Part shown: piece after piece, positions 1 to 37,086 of the stretch | Position numbering within the stretch: position 1 is the stretch's first letter | How the letters are laid out: each line of letters opens with the position of its first letter | NCBI GenBank assembly: GCA_002269645.1 | Contig: NIVC01000282.1 | Location: 558,001-622,000 of the forward strand | Direction of reading: 5' to 3' | DNA length: 64,000 nt | Source: Macrostomum lignano | Taxonomy: Eukaryota | The notes under the pieces: model-generated | The model's database searches: none | The model's input: only the letters and a program-made list of their open reading frames with translations | Told to the model about the DNA's origin: nothing | Position numbers and translations under genes: made by a program

Positions 1-385
1 CCCAGTTCCGCAAGCCCCTGCCCACCTGGTCACCTTTGCGGGCTGCAAGAGAAGGCGGCCGGAACGCACGCGGGCGGAACGCCAAGAGGAGACTGGTGCA
101 ACTCGATCATGCGCTCGCGAGCGCCGCCGCGTCACCAACTGCGACACCACGGCTCCGCTGGCTCTCTGGTCAGACCATCGACTTCTGCTCTGCGACTTGC
201 GGCTCCGCGACCAGCTCCATCGACCGCCAAAGCAGCGGCAACGGTGCTACTATTGCGCTCTGTCGGACACCCGCGTCAAGCGTCATGCAATTCACGGGCG
301 CCTAATTCGTCGGCGCGCTTGGAGACCAGCACGAGGCGGAGTATTCCGACATTCAAGTATTCAGCCAATTTGGGTGGCCACCGCC
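1..385 (+). mobile_element. Degenerate non-LTR retrotransposon fragment (end of APE endonuclease domain, RTE-like), frameshifted
   Basis: Switching between frames 2 and 3 gives ...PAHLVTFAGCKRRR / RNARGRNAKRRLVQLDHAL / RERRRVTNCDTTAPLALWSDHRLLLCDLRLR, containing the APE xLDH and SDH motifs; GC-rich block ending at a (CT)n run. Confidence 0.6.
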
Positions 386-401
386 TCCCCCATCTCTCTC
401 G

Positions 402-453
<52 letters not shown>
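386..453. repeat. (CT)n microsatellite
   Basis: Direct reading. Confidence 0.95.
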
Positions 454-455
<2 letters not shown>

Positions 456-737
456 GGAGTCAGTTTTCGAAATTGTTATTGAATTTTCGAGCTCATCGAA
501 ATCATACTTCTTAAACATCGAATTTCATGGCGTAAAGATGAAAATGATCAAGCTATAGTTTGGTTGTCTTTTTATCAACTTTCTTCCCTCTCCGTAAATT
601 TCTATGCATAAGGCAAGACCAAATCTATTGCTGAGAATGGGAATACTCAACTTGGTTGGCTTAACTATTGATATCAAGTTTGCTGACTTGTTACAAAACC
701 AATAGTGGGGTATATACATAAACAATTAAGTATAAGT

Positions 738-1356
738 GGGTCACTCTAATTTGAGGGGACGAGGGGACGAGGGGAGGAGGGGACGAGGGGACGAGGGGAC
801 GAGGGGACGAGGGGATGAGGGACGAGGGGACGAGGGGACGAGGGGACGAGGGGACGAGGGGACGATTAATTTCTAAATTTAGATTATGAAATATAACAAT
901 CGCAACAATCAAAATATACCTTAAGTTCGAAAATCGTTTGTACTGCTTCTGCTGTAAAAGAAATAAATTCCAAAGTAAAATTGATTCTGCCTAAACTCCG
1001 AGGTAGAGTAAAAAGTTCAGAATGAGTTGGAAATACACTTGGATATAAACGTGACATCAAATGCAACGTATTCGGATAATATGTGCAAAGGCCCAGAGCT
1101 AGCGCTCGTGCCCGCGCCGCTCGCGCTAAAATTGCTACCAAAATCAAAACGGCATATAAATTATCGCTTAGATTAAAAATAAAAAATTTTGTATAATACA
1201 GTATTTGCATTAGCGTATTTCTTATTATTTATTCTGGTTATTTTGATTAATCAGCAGGAATGTAAGCTGGAAAGAAAAACGTTCTTTAAATTAGGCATCT
1301 TTTTTAGACGTCCCCTCGTCCCATCGTCCCATCGTCCCCTCAAATTAGAGTGACCC
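738..1356. mobile_element. Non-autonomous TIR element (MITE-like) with subterminal (GGGGACGA)n array
   Basis: GGGTCACTCTAATTTGAGGGGACGA at 738 is inverted at 1332-1356 (TCGTCCCCTCAAATTAGAGTGACCC); octamer array ~754-863; no clean TSD. Confidence 0.65.
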
Positions 1357-2873
1357 CAATTAAGTAATTTCTGATTCTGCAGTCTGAGAAAGTTAATAAT
1401 TTGCTTCGTTACTTCTTAGTAAAAAGTGACTAAAATGTTTAGATAAAATTTAACGTCAAACGTTTGACTAAATTTTATCAAAAAGCACTTTTATTTCGCT
1501 ACTTCTTTGTTATTCTTTAATGAGGCGCGATAATATCAAATAATCGTTTTCTAAGAACGCAAGAATAGAATGTAGCAAGATTATGAATTAATAGAATTTG
1601 ATAATCGCTGCGGTCTGACTTCTGAAATATTCTCATTCAAGAATTTTCAACCCTGCTCTGAATTAATGAATTAGCCTATCAAAAGTTGAGGATTTCGATT
1701 CATATTTTTCTAAGTTTGATTTATTAGCAACAATATTCAATAACCAATAATTCGCCATGTAGTTTTATAATTAATTATCAAAAACACTCAATGAATATTT
1801 TGTTTTCTACTGAGATCTAGGCCTAGTGTAATTCGTACGTAAAGTCCATTATTTTTTGTTTATTGAAAGTATTAAGCTAGACCTGAATCTAAGAGTAAAT
1901 TATTGAACTTACTCTTGCATCTTGCATCAATAAGATATCTAAATTGGGTTCTTTAAATATTGTATCTAATTTTGATCAAGAACTGTACTTAGTTTATCAT
2001 TTCATTTTTATATTTTTATAATTTAATTTTATGAGTTGTTAATTTATGTTTTAAATATATTTTACTATCTCAATTTGTATATTATTTCATTTAATCTTTT
2101 AAAAATTTATGCTTAAGAGAAGACAATGGTATAATTATAAATAAGACTTCTTTTGTAGTAGTTTAAGTCTTAATTATAGCACAATAATGACAATATATTA
2201 TAAAGAGATATAAAAATAGGGATGGATATTTTTACATTTAGGTTTTTCAAAGCATGCTAAATTTGCTAACATAAAAAATGAATTATTGGAATATGAAAAA
2301 TCTTTTATCTTTTATTTGATATGGCCCTATAAGCTTTTGACAACAAAAGTTTTGTACATTAAATAAAATATGTTAATTAAACTAGGTTTAGATCCAAAAA
2401 ATTGAATAGAATCATTTTTGTGTAGGGACTTTTGGTTTAGCAAATGCACTAATGCTTCCCTTCTTTTGTCTATAGTCTAGGGTACAATATTTTATTTTTT
2501 AAGAGCCAAAGGCTAACAGTATTACAAAGGGCAAGCAAGACATGCGCCAGCTAGAGGCAAATAAAGCTTGTGAACAGCTCGTATTTTAAATTATGCTTCT
2601 TTGACTTGACTTTGATGTCAGATGGTAGCCTGGAAGCAATAGTCGGTATAAAAGCAGAAAAAGAGGACATAACAATCATAGATTATTACAAAGCTATATT
2701 AGTTTTACTTTGCTTTTGATTATTTATTTATTCAAAAATATTTTTATATCTAAAGCTCAGCAGACCAATCAATTAATCAATCAATTGACTGGACAGGTTT
2801 AATGTGTATCTCTTTTTTATTACTCTAAAAAATTAAAACTCAGAAGACAATGCATCATTTTTGCCCTTCTCTA

Positions 2874-5325
2874 CTTACTTACTTACTTACTACTGACGGG
2901 GGGCGCAGGCGCCGCGAATAGGCCGCGAGGCCCCTATCGCAACCCCAAGGTAAAAGAGCACAAGGTTTAGCCTTGGGGGTGCGCCCAGTCCCCGCCAGTA
3001 GTCGGCAGGTCCGCAGTGGAGGCATCGGCGACCCTCATCCGGCCGGAGTCCCGGACGAAGGCGCGGAGGTCTCGGATATTGTCCGCGGTGGTCAGCTCGT
3101 CCATCCGCTGGGGGTGGCCGAGGTATTTGTGCCGCGCCTTGTTGAAGTAAGGGCAGAAGGTGACGTGATGCTCCGCGGTCTCCTCTCCTATGCCACAGAA
3201 GGGACAGGTGGGAGGGCAACCGGTTTGCAACGATATATGTCTCTGGAAGAATCCGTGGCCGGTTAGGACCATGCACATCTCCCTGAGGTCGGTTCTGTTA
3301 AGCGAAATCAGATAATCAGAGACTTTCCTGTTCAGGTTAGGCATGGCAGAGCGGCTCTGCCTGTACTCGGTGCAGCTGTTCCAGTGGAGCTGGTGCTGCT
3401 GATGGAGCCACCTGTTGATATGGCGGGTGACTTGCGACCTGGGGGTGGGTAGCCTCATCAGACGGTGGTTGCCGTCTGGGTTGCTGCCCTCCTTGGCGAG
3501 AGAGTCCGCGAGCTCGTTGCCCAGGATGTTGCTGTGACCAGGTGTCCAGATAATTCTAATCCTGTTAAGGACTGAGAGAGATTGCACACTGCGGTGGCAT
3601 TGAGATACTGTAGCAGCGGAGATATTCTCAGTGGTTAAGGCCTTAATAGCAGCTTGGCTATCAGTGTAGAAATTAATGTCAAAATTATTAATGTTCGCCT
3701 GAAACAGTTGCTGGGCACACTGCTCAATGGCGCAAATTTCAGCTTGGAAAACTGAGGTGTTCTCACCGAGGTGCAGACTTTCCTGGAGAAGCATCTTACC
3801 CTCGTGGAAAATGGCAATACCCGCTCCAGCGCGGCCGTTGAACAGCGAGCCGTCGGTGAAGCAGTGAATGCCCTGGCTGCGCCGGTTCACACCGACATCC
3901 AGCGGAATGTTGTCTCGGCCAGGGATGGCGGTCTTGAAGCCCCTCCTGATGTTGAGGGCGGGAGGTCGACTATCCACATTGCCCAGGTCCATGTGGATGT
4001 TGTTAAGGTCGCGGCGGACAAAGTCCATATGCGGGATTAATGTTTTCATTGGCATAAAGCCAGAGGGCGCGTTATTTAACGTTTTATCTCTGATAAGCCG
4101 GGAGGCAGACTTCATAGCCTCCGCCCTAATAAATAGGTGAAGCGGAGGTAGGTTAAGGATAGTGTTCAGCCCCTTGTAAGGGGTGGACGGGTACGCACCT
4201 GTGATGGCACGGCAAATGCTGCCCTGAAGCTGGTACAGCCGCTGACGGGCGGCCTTCTGCTCCAGCACGCTAGTCCAGATGAGACTTGCGTATGTGATAC
4301 TGGGCCGGATGATGCCGGTATAAATCCAACGGACCGTTCTAGGCGAGAGGCCCCAAGTCGGCCCGATGGCTCTGCGCAGCTGGGCAAAGCAGCGTTTTGC
4401 CCGACCGATGACGTTATCAAGGTGCTTCGTCCAGCGCAGGTCATGCGTTAGCGTCACACCAAGGTATTTGACCTCCTTCTTGAAGGGGATGTTTCTGCCA
4501 TAGACAGTGAGGTTTTTCATCTCCCACTTACGGCGCTTGGTGAAAACGACAGCGACAGTCTTAGTGACGCTGATTTTTAGGCCATGCTGTGTAGCCCAGT
4601 CGGCCGCCTTGTCGGCGAATTGCTGCATCAGGTTGCGCAGAGTGGCGGGGTCGGGTCCGCTGACGACCGCGGCAACGTCATCGGCGTAGCCCGCCCTGGT
4701 GATACTGCTGGGAATGTCAGCGGTTAGAAGTTCGTCCATGACGAGATTCCAGAGAAGTGGAGTTAGCACGCCACCTTGCGGGCCGCCTTTCATCACCGCC
4801 CGGGTGAGGGTAACGCCCATAAGTGTGGATGTCACAAACCTTTTGCGGATCATAAAATAAATCCAGCGAACAATGCTGTGTCTTACATTCCTGCGGGAAA
4901 GAGAATTTCTGAAGGAGCGGAAGAGGACATTGTCAAATGCTCCTTCGAAGTCAACGAACAACCCGCAAGCGAGTTGTTTGCTAAGGATGGCACTCTCAAT
5001 TTTGGAGGTAATGGCGTGGAGAGCATGCTCAGTCGTCCTCCCAGGCTGGAAGGCGTACTGGTACTTACTGACAGGGTCGGAGCGCAGGTCGCACTCTCGA
5101 AGCCTCCACAGGATGAGCCTCTCCATCAGCTTAACACAAAAGGAAGTGAGGCTGATGGGCCGGAAGGATTTCACGTTGGTGTAGTCACCCTTAGCAGGTT
5201 TCGGGATGAACACGACTCTGGACATTCTCCAGATTGTGGGAATGTAACCTGTGGTATAACAGTCAACAAACAATTTAGAGAAGGAATCAGCAAAGTTTTG
5301 CAGCTTTAGCTCCTCCTCCTCCTCC
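2874..5325 (-). mobile_element. 5'-truncated non-LTR retrotransposon (I-group, LOA/R1-like) with RT, RNase H and C-terminal Cys/His finger
   Basis: Uninterrupted ORF with RT motifs ([17 protein letters not shown]), RNase H catalytic acids (TDGS, QAEI, TDSQ, ADSL) and [15 protein letters not shown]; 3' (TAAG)n tail at 2874-2893; 12-bp TSD TGCCCTTCTCTA at 2862-2873 and 5326-5337. Confidence 0.93.
2967..5310 (-). CDS. Reverse transcriptase-RNase H polyprotein of the LINE (N-terminally truncated, no endonuclease)
   Basis: ORF track 2967..5366; the first residues lie in flanking DNA beyond the TSD, so true element coding starts at about 5310. Confidence 0.85.
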
Positions 5326-6050
5326 TGCCCTTCTCTAAATTTCTTACAGATTAAACAAGAAAACATATTTATTTATTTGACTTAAGTAGTGGCATATAGA
5401 GTTAGCCCTGCCAAAAGTAAAAGGGTTGCATGTTAAAGAGAATTCCTAATAGTACTTTTGTATATATGACCTTGGATTAAAAATTGGCAGGGATATAAAT
5501 TAAGATTTTGATTGACTAAAAGTCAATAAATTTATTCAAATGCTAGGTAATTATGTATATCATTGCTATTACTTATATATAATATATATATAAACTATAT
5601 TTGCATAGAAATTGCTTAGTTTTTGCTTCTTCAAAGCAAGTGATTTTTTAGGCTGCTAGTGTTTTTAATAGTATTTTCTACCATAGAAGACAAAAAAGTA
5701 TTTAAAATATTTAACCATTTTTAATCAGTTGATATCTTAGCTTGTATCTTTCTATACATAGTTATATTAATACAAAACATTTAGCCTAGTCTAATTGATT
5801 CAAGAATGAAGCAACTTTGTTTTATAGGAAACAATATCAACAAACTATGTGAATGTTAGAATTTTAGCTATGATACACTTGTCTTTAGTCTAGTAGAGTG
5901 TTTAATTATAATTTGGACAAAGCCTTTTACATGAATCTAGTTGGCTATCTAAGTGATAGTAGAATAGTAAAATGAATTTAATTGCAAATAAATATAACTG
6001 AATATAATATAGTGCAATATAATATGAAGTATATTAGTTTAATGGTACAT

Positions 6051-6145
6051 TAATACCCATGCTTTAAAGGCATTAATGGGAAAATCAGAGGGTGCCATTA
6101 GGTGCCCAAGGATTTCTCATTAATGCCTGCAAAGCATGGGTATTA
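6051..6145. repeat. Inverted repeat / hairpin with ~35-bp arms
   Basis: TAATACCCATGCTTTAAAGGCATTAATGGGAAAATC (6051-6086) pairs with GATTTCTCATTAATGCCTGCAAAGCATGGGTATTA (6111-6145). Confidence 0.7.
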
Positions 6146-7152
6146 CAATTATTGTGCCATAGACATTTGTGTCTTTGACAAAGTAGGACAAAATAATTAG
6201 GCATTAAATGTCATTAACTGCCCACTAAATTGCATTAAAGTAAGTTTGACATAGACAATTGGGTGTTAAATGTCATTAACTGCCCTCTAATTGCACTAAA
6301 GTAAGTTTAAAGCATTAAAGTCCTGCAAGCGGGCTTAAATGTAGTCTATAGCATTAAAAGGCAAGAATAAGTTCCAAAGGTCATGGTACAATGTTTCCTT
6401 ATAACACAGGTTTAGTAAAATATTTTTTAAAGATGAAACTAATGATTCTTATCTATTGCTATATTTTAAAATGTCTTTGATCTTATATTCAACAAATAGT
6501 CTAGAAGCTTAGTTTTGTAAATTATTTTAGCTATATTTTAAATTGAGTAAAACAATATGATAGTACTAAAATTGTATTATTCATATCATCTATATCAATT
6601 CTTAAGTTTTATATTATTACATTCTCAATTAAAACATTGCTGTGTACCTCATAAGTTCAAGTAGGTTTGTTATAATTTGCAAGTATAGTGTACTCACAAA
6701 CTATGTAAGCAGTGGGTTAATTTGTGGCAGACTTCTACTTATCTTTCTATAAGTTCATTTTTATTATATAGTATTATCTAGCAATACAATATATATGAAA
6801 ATTGTTATTCTCTACAAATCATAGCATCTATTGCAATGATCTTTTCATATCTTATTATATGCTGTCATAACTATCCTATCATACATAGTCTAATACAAGC
6901 ATATTATGCATTTATTCATTAATTTAGTTAATATATCTTATTTGCTATTAGTAGCAATGGTATTTGTCATTGCTATTGTTCATTGCTATTGTTCTTGGCT
7001 TGGCTAGCTAGCTCATTAAATAACAATTGACAAGTTGAGCTAGCAACATGTTACTTTTTCATCAAAGTTAATTAGTTCATTGACAAAAATTTGTTTTTTT
7101 TATCTCAGGTCAATTTAAGCTTTGTCAATTTTTTAGCATATGATGCTGATCC

Positions 7153-7154
7153 TA

Positions 7155-7193
<39 letters not shown>

Positions 7194-7194
7194 G

Positions 7195-7225
<31 letters not shown>

Positions 7226-7229
7226 ATCC

Positions 7230-7271
<42 letters not shown>

Positions 7272-7303
7272 GTATCTATCTATCTATCTATCTATCTATA
7301 TCC

Positions 7304-7353
<50 letters not shown>

Positions 7354-7392
7354 TTGTCTGTCTATCTATCTATCTATCTATCTATTTGTCTG

Positions 7393-7425
<33 letters not shown>

Positions 7426-7464
7426 TTGTCTGTCTATCTATCTATCTATCTATCTATCTATTTG

Positions 7465-7505
<41 letters not shown>

Positions 7506-7537
7506 GTATCTATCTATCTATCTATCTATCTATATCC

Positions 7538-7591
<54 letters not shown>

Positions 7592-7626
7592 TTGTCTGTC
7601 TATCTATCTATCTATCTATTTGTCTG

Positions 7627-7663
<37 letters not shown>

Positions 7664-7702
7664 TTGTCTGTCTATCTATCTATCTATCTATCTATCTATT
7701 TG

Positions 7703-7795
<93 letters not shown>

Positions 7796-7870
7796 TTGTC
7801 TGTCTATCTATCTATTTATCTATCATCTATCTATATAATGTATCTATCTATCTATCATCTATTTATCTAC
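7153..7870. repeat. (TATC)n microsatellite
   Basis: Direct reading; source of the spurious LSIY ORFs. Confidence 0.97.
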
Positions 7871-8828
7871 TACTATTTACTACTACTTGCTATTTTATAA
7901 GATTTTACTTTATACAGTGTCATATCACTTGAAAGCGACACTTATTATAAACCTTAGTGCCATTAGTCTTGTGGCTGCAGCCAGGTCTGTGACTAGCTAT
8001 CTATTAATGGCGTGAAGCATTCCCGGTGGCAGTGAAATTAGATATTGAACAAATGGCCTCTGTCTATGCATAATCGCTACTGGCTTAGCTAAGGTATTGG
8101 ATTTATGCTGGCTGTCAGGGCCTTCTGTCTGCTAACATGGGCGTGGTCCCTCAGTGAATTGGATTTTCTGCCCTGCCCTCCCCTTTTTCCATCCTCATCT
8201 GTCCCTGATTAGAAATCTTCCCCTTTGCAGCCTACATATCGGGTTTAGCGTTGCCTGCCCCATCATGCAGAGGATTTGTGGGATCTGCGAGAGCGCTGGT
8301 CAGTATTGGGCGGGGCGCTGCTGGTACAACAGGGATTAGAGAGGGGGGATGAGGATCACAAATATACCTATATAGAGTCTATAAGATCAATCTACTTTAG
8401 AATTGGAATTCTCATAGCGTTGAAATTTGCATTTTTTTTTAAAAATACTATAGAAGATATAAGCTTATTTATTGAATTTTTTATATAATTCCACCATCAG
8501 CCTCGCTCCCGGCCCCTGAACTTGACTGACAGGCGATCCCTTATGCTGACTATTTTTAGTTCGCCTCTGCTCAACAGAGACACAAGACGACTCAAAAAGC
8601 AAACAGGGCAGAGGAGAGGAAAAGGCAAAGAAAAAAACTGACTGACTGTGTTGCAATCATTTGAGCACTTCTCTCTGGGCGCTCGTTCCGTCGACTGGTT
8701 GAATCTTTTCTCTACAGCTGAGTTATAGAGCTGCCACCGGCTGTTCCCTGGGGAGGCAGGCAGGGGCTACCGCCAAGCTCAGCTCAGCTCACATCGTTTT
8801 TTTTGAGTGCCGGTCCGTGTGAGCAGCC

Positions 8829-32962
<24,134 letters not shown>

Positions 32963-33109
32963 CGCTCAGAGTTTATGTTTTGCTGCGTGTGACTACTTAG
33001 TGGGCAGTAGTTTAAAAGTATTCTGGCTGCGGTTTTTAAATTATAATTATTTAGCGTTTTTTGCTTTGCAATTTTTTGTTTTCTTCACTCATCCACTGAT
33101 ACTGGTTTA

Positions 33110-33510
33110 ACGATGCTCATAACAGTTTAGCGATGCTCATAACTGTTTCTCATAACTGTTTAGCGATGCTCATAACAGTTTAGCGATGCTCATAACTGTT
33201 TAGCAATGCTCATAACAGTTTAGCGATGCTCATAACAGTTTAGCGATGCTCATAACAGTTTAGCGATGCTCATAACAGTTTAGCGATGCTCATAACAGTT
33301 TAGCGATGCTCATGCTCATAACAGTTTAGCGATGCTCATAACAGTTTAGCGATCCTCATAACAGTTTAGCGATGCTCATAACAGTTTAGCGATGCTCATA
33401 ACAGTTTAGCGATGCTCATAACAGTTTAGCGATGCTCATGCTCATAACAGTTTAGCGATGCTCATAACAGTTTAGCGATGCTCATAACAGTTTAGCGATG
33501 CTCATAAAAG
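33110..33510. repeat. 20-bp minisatellite (CTCATAACAGTTTAGCGATG)n downstream of the PITPNM stop
   Basis: Direct reading. Confidence 0.95.
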
Positions 33511-34189
33511 TTAGGCTCGAACTACTACGTTTTTGTTATATTACATTTACAGTATTTGTTTTTCAAACAACTATTTGTTGCCAGTATATTTTGATAAATC
33601 AATAGCTTTTTGTGCGATCTTTTACTAATGGAAAATGCTGAACTAGTCTTAGTCAGTGCAATATCTTATAGAGTTAAACTATTTCATTAGATACTAGAAA
33701 TTATATATTTTATTTATTTTTTCTAATTGTCGTTTAGGGGAATTATATAATAGACACTTCTATTCTCTCCTTTACAACGAATTATTGCTTGATAAACTTC
33801 AGGCGTTGGTTTGTGTAAAATTTCCTTCTATTGTACTTTAAGCCTTTAAGCATGTTGTCTCTCTGTGTTCAACTTGAATTTTGATATTTTTATACTTATA
33901 CCTAAGGTCAGTATAGCGATGCTCTTAAAACAGCTATGTGTTGTTTTTGCACAGTTGTATGCGCTACGGAGCTACAGTTATATTGCATATCACTTCCCAG
34001 TATTTTCTTTGTGTCTTGCTTTATTGCGCCGTACGGTTTTCGTGGTTTGTTGTGCGTTGCTTTCGATTTAATTATTGTAGTACCAAATATTATAACTTTT
34101 TGTGTTAGAATCTTGTAAATAGTAAATGCACTTCACCTACGAGCTATTCTGGTTAGAGTTGGAATTGTACTTTACACTTATTAATATTC

Positions 34190-34690
34190 GGGTCACACAA
34201 TGAGGTGGGTGTTATCTAGGGGTAGGGGTAGAAAGTTCCTAGTCTACAAGCTTCGTGCGCTAGTCGCGGAGTGAGGTGGGTGTTCTCTAGGGGTAGGGGT
34301 AGGAAATTCCAAGTGTACAGGCTTCTTGCGCTAGTCGCGGAGTGAGGTGGGTGTTCTCTAGGGTAGGGGTAGGAAATTCCAAGTGTACAGGCTTCTTGCG
34401 CTAGTCGCGGAGTGAGGTGGGTGTTCTCTAGGGGTAGGGGTAGGAAATTCCAAGTGTACAGGCTTCTTGCGCTAGTCGCGGAGTGAGGTGGGTGTTCTCT
34501 AGGGGTAGGGGTAGGAAATTCCAAGTGTACAGGCTTCTTGCGCTAGTCGCGGAGTGAGGTGGGTGTTCTCTAGGGGTAGGGGTAGGAAATTCCAAGTGTA
34601 CAGGCTTCTTGCGCTAGTCGCGGAGTGAGGTGGGTGTTCTCTAGGGGTAGGGGTAGGAAATTCCAAGTGTACAGGCTTTGTGCGCTAGTG
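34190..34690. repeat. 71-bp G-rich minisatellite, about 7 copies
   Basis: TAGGAAATTC recurs at 34441 and 34512; the unit contains GGGGTAGGGGTAGG. Confidence 0.93.
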
Positions 34691-35823
34691 AGATGGGTGT
34701 TTTCTTGCGATTATTGCAATATATTTCTTGCGTGATACTTGATATCGGCGGTCACAAGAATGGTGAAAACCTCAAATATATCTAACAGTTTTCTAGCTAA
34801 ACCGCATCATTACTGAAGCCGATTTTTCAAGTCAACTTTCAAATTGACAAAAAAGTAAAAACATGTTTACATTCGTTCTGTTTTTCATTATTCTACTTGA
34901 CGCGAGGGCTTGTGCTATCTATAGCCCTTACCATGACCATTGTGCATTGCAAGCAATAGTTCGACAACGTTTTGGAATTGGAGAAAATTTTCCATTTGCT
35001 TTTGATAAGCGATAAAAAAGTGATATTCTGTTTATCTACTAGTTTTTGGCTTGGGCTATAGGAAGGAACAAATAAAGGTTGTCTTCCATACATGATTCAC
35101 GCATATGGGGGGCCTGACGACGAGAAACTAGACTGGGTGCCTTCGAGTGCGTGCTCAGGCGCGAGAGGAATAGGCCTGACTGCTCAGGGCGGGTCTCGCA
35201 GCCTCGCAGCAATCTCACTACTAACTGCAGGGGAAAGCGGGTGATGATTTTGCTTTTTTCCATACCCAGCAGCAGAAATTGAAATTTGTAGAGTCTTTCT
35301 CTCCTGCCGTTTGCCTTTGCTCTGCAGAACAGAAGCCGCGCCCTGCTCCGGTCGTGTGTATTCCCTAAAACAAAAAAAATTGTCCAAAAACGAAAACGAT
35401 AATTTTTCCCTGGATTTTTATTGTTCTCTCAGCTAAGCCTGCCCGTATGAACTGGCTGGCTGCAGGGCTCGCAATGCTCCGCTGCAGTAAGCTGGCATTG
35501 TGCCCGCCAATTCATGCCTGAGCAGCCCAGTTTGTTTGCTTCAGAATGGAACCAATAAGCCCCTGAGTGAAAAAGCTTTTATTGAAAATGCAAAATTGGA
35601 TAATAATATATAGAGAAAATGCGAAAACTGTTAAATGTAGAAATAACCTACCTATACATGCATCCTGTAGAAGTTGCTGAAACTCGTCAGCTCATTGTCA
35701 AAAGTTCAGCTTTTACCTCCCGCAGTATGAAATGGTATGAAAAGGCTAGGGAATTCTCTTTTCTCTATGTTCTTCGAGATTCGCGAAGAGCAACGCTCAG
35801 TATAAGCAGTATAAATCGTTTTA

Positions 35824-35991
35824 GCATGTACACTTCACTGTGCCTTGGGGGTTGGCCCTCAATGGCGCTAATTGCACGAGCAGAGCCAAGCCGAGATTTC
35901 AATTTAGACCCAAATTAATGTAACTGCACTTGGAATCGAGCCTGAGCCGCTGGCACATCAGAGCGCCGCGCCAGACCACTAGGATACAGCC
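35824..35991 (-). mobile_element. tRNA-derived SINE family A, 5' half
   Basis: Matches copies at 41995, 47788 and 60127; box A-like and box B-like (GGCTCGATTCC) motifs on the minus strand. Confidence 0.8.
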
Positions 35992-37086
35992 TTCATTTGG
36001 CTGGCTGGTAATTTTAAGGATTCAACATCTTACTGGCCAACTCGAAACTAATGTGATATGCTGATGGAAGTCCAATTCAAGATGACAAATCCTATCGCGA
36101 GGTAATCGTGCAGTACAGGTCCCCTGAAGGGGGGCATTATTGGCTAGTCTATATACTCGTATCACTAAAAAGCTAATTTAAGATTTGACAGTTGTTATTG
36201 GCTCCTTTTTTTCTTTGCGCTTTTTACAACGAGGGACGAAATGGCTAGTCCACTATACTAAGCGTCTTTGGACAAGACTCAACTAACCACACAATAGCAG
36301 AGCTCGGTCTCTACGGTAATTTTTATTTATAAAAGTAGCGGAAATACCCACAGTTACCCCTGAATTTAACTATTTAAAAGTATTAGGTGAACTTTCGCAG
36401 CTGTACAATTGAATATCGTTGAAAGTCGAGATTGCGCAATCGCATTCAAGTCGAGTTTAAATTAGATAGCTGCGTTCGATAAACTTTTCAAACTATAAAC
36501 GAGCCGCGCCTTACAAAGGTTTTCAGGTTTGCGAGAAAATTCCCGATTTTTTTATCTCCGCTCCAATTCGTCAAGTGTGTGCAACAGAATTTTCTGACGA
36601 AGTTTCAGGTTTTTTTGCATGCTTTTAGCGTATGAATCGAGAAAGGTTTATCTGAATACAAAGGCAGTTTTGCGCATTTTTTAGCATGGTCAAAAATGAT
36701 CAATGTTCACTGATTTACCTGGACAACTGATAGTTATAACTCTCGAAGGGCACGAATTTTGTGCTGCAGCGCACCAGTGCAAACTTTACCGGCACGGTAT
36801 CTGCGTGTGTCTGTCTGTATATTGCAGCTTTCACGGTGTGTGACCTTCGAAAGCTTAAGGCTCGGACTGGCTTGAATGGCTTTGGCGTTGCAAAATTATA
36901 GTTTAAAAGCCCTGGGCCTGTGGTTGTATTGCTGGTTACGTAACCCATGCAAAGCTGGCTCTATATAGGCACTTATACCGGTATTTGTGACAACTGGCGC
37001 ATGCACCCCTCACCTCCGAGTTGGTCAGGTGATTTCGAACTGCGGTAGCAACTCTCGGGTAGCCTTGGAAAGGTGGGTGATTTTTA

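Noticed and set aside
8700-8828. Acceptor at 8717 upstream of the PITPNM ATG as a trans-splice site
   Set aside because: Cannot be distinguished from an ordinary cis intron with an unidentified upstream UTR exon without transcript data.
35039-36950. Short ORFs and exon-like bits between PITPNM and the oxygenase
   Set aside because: No consistent spliced frame or recognisable motif.
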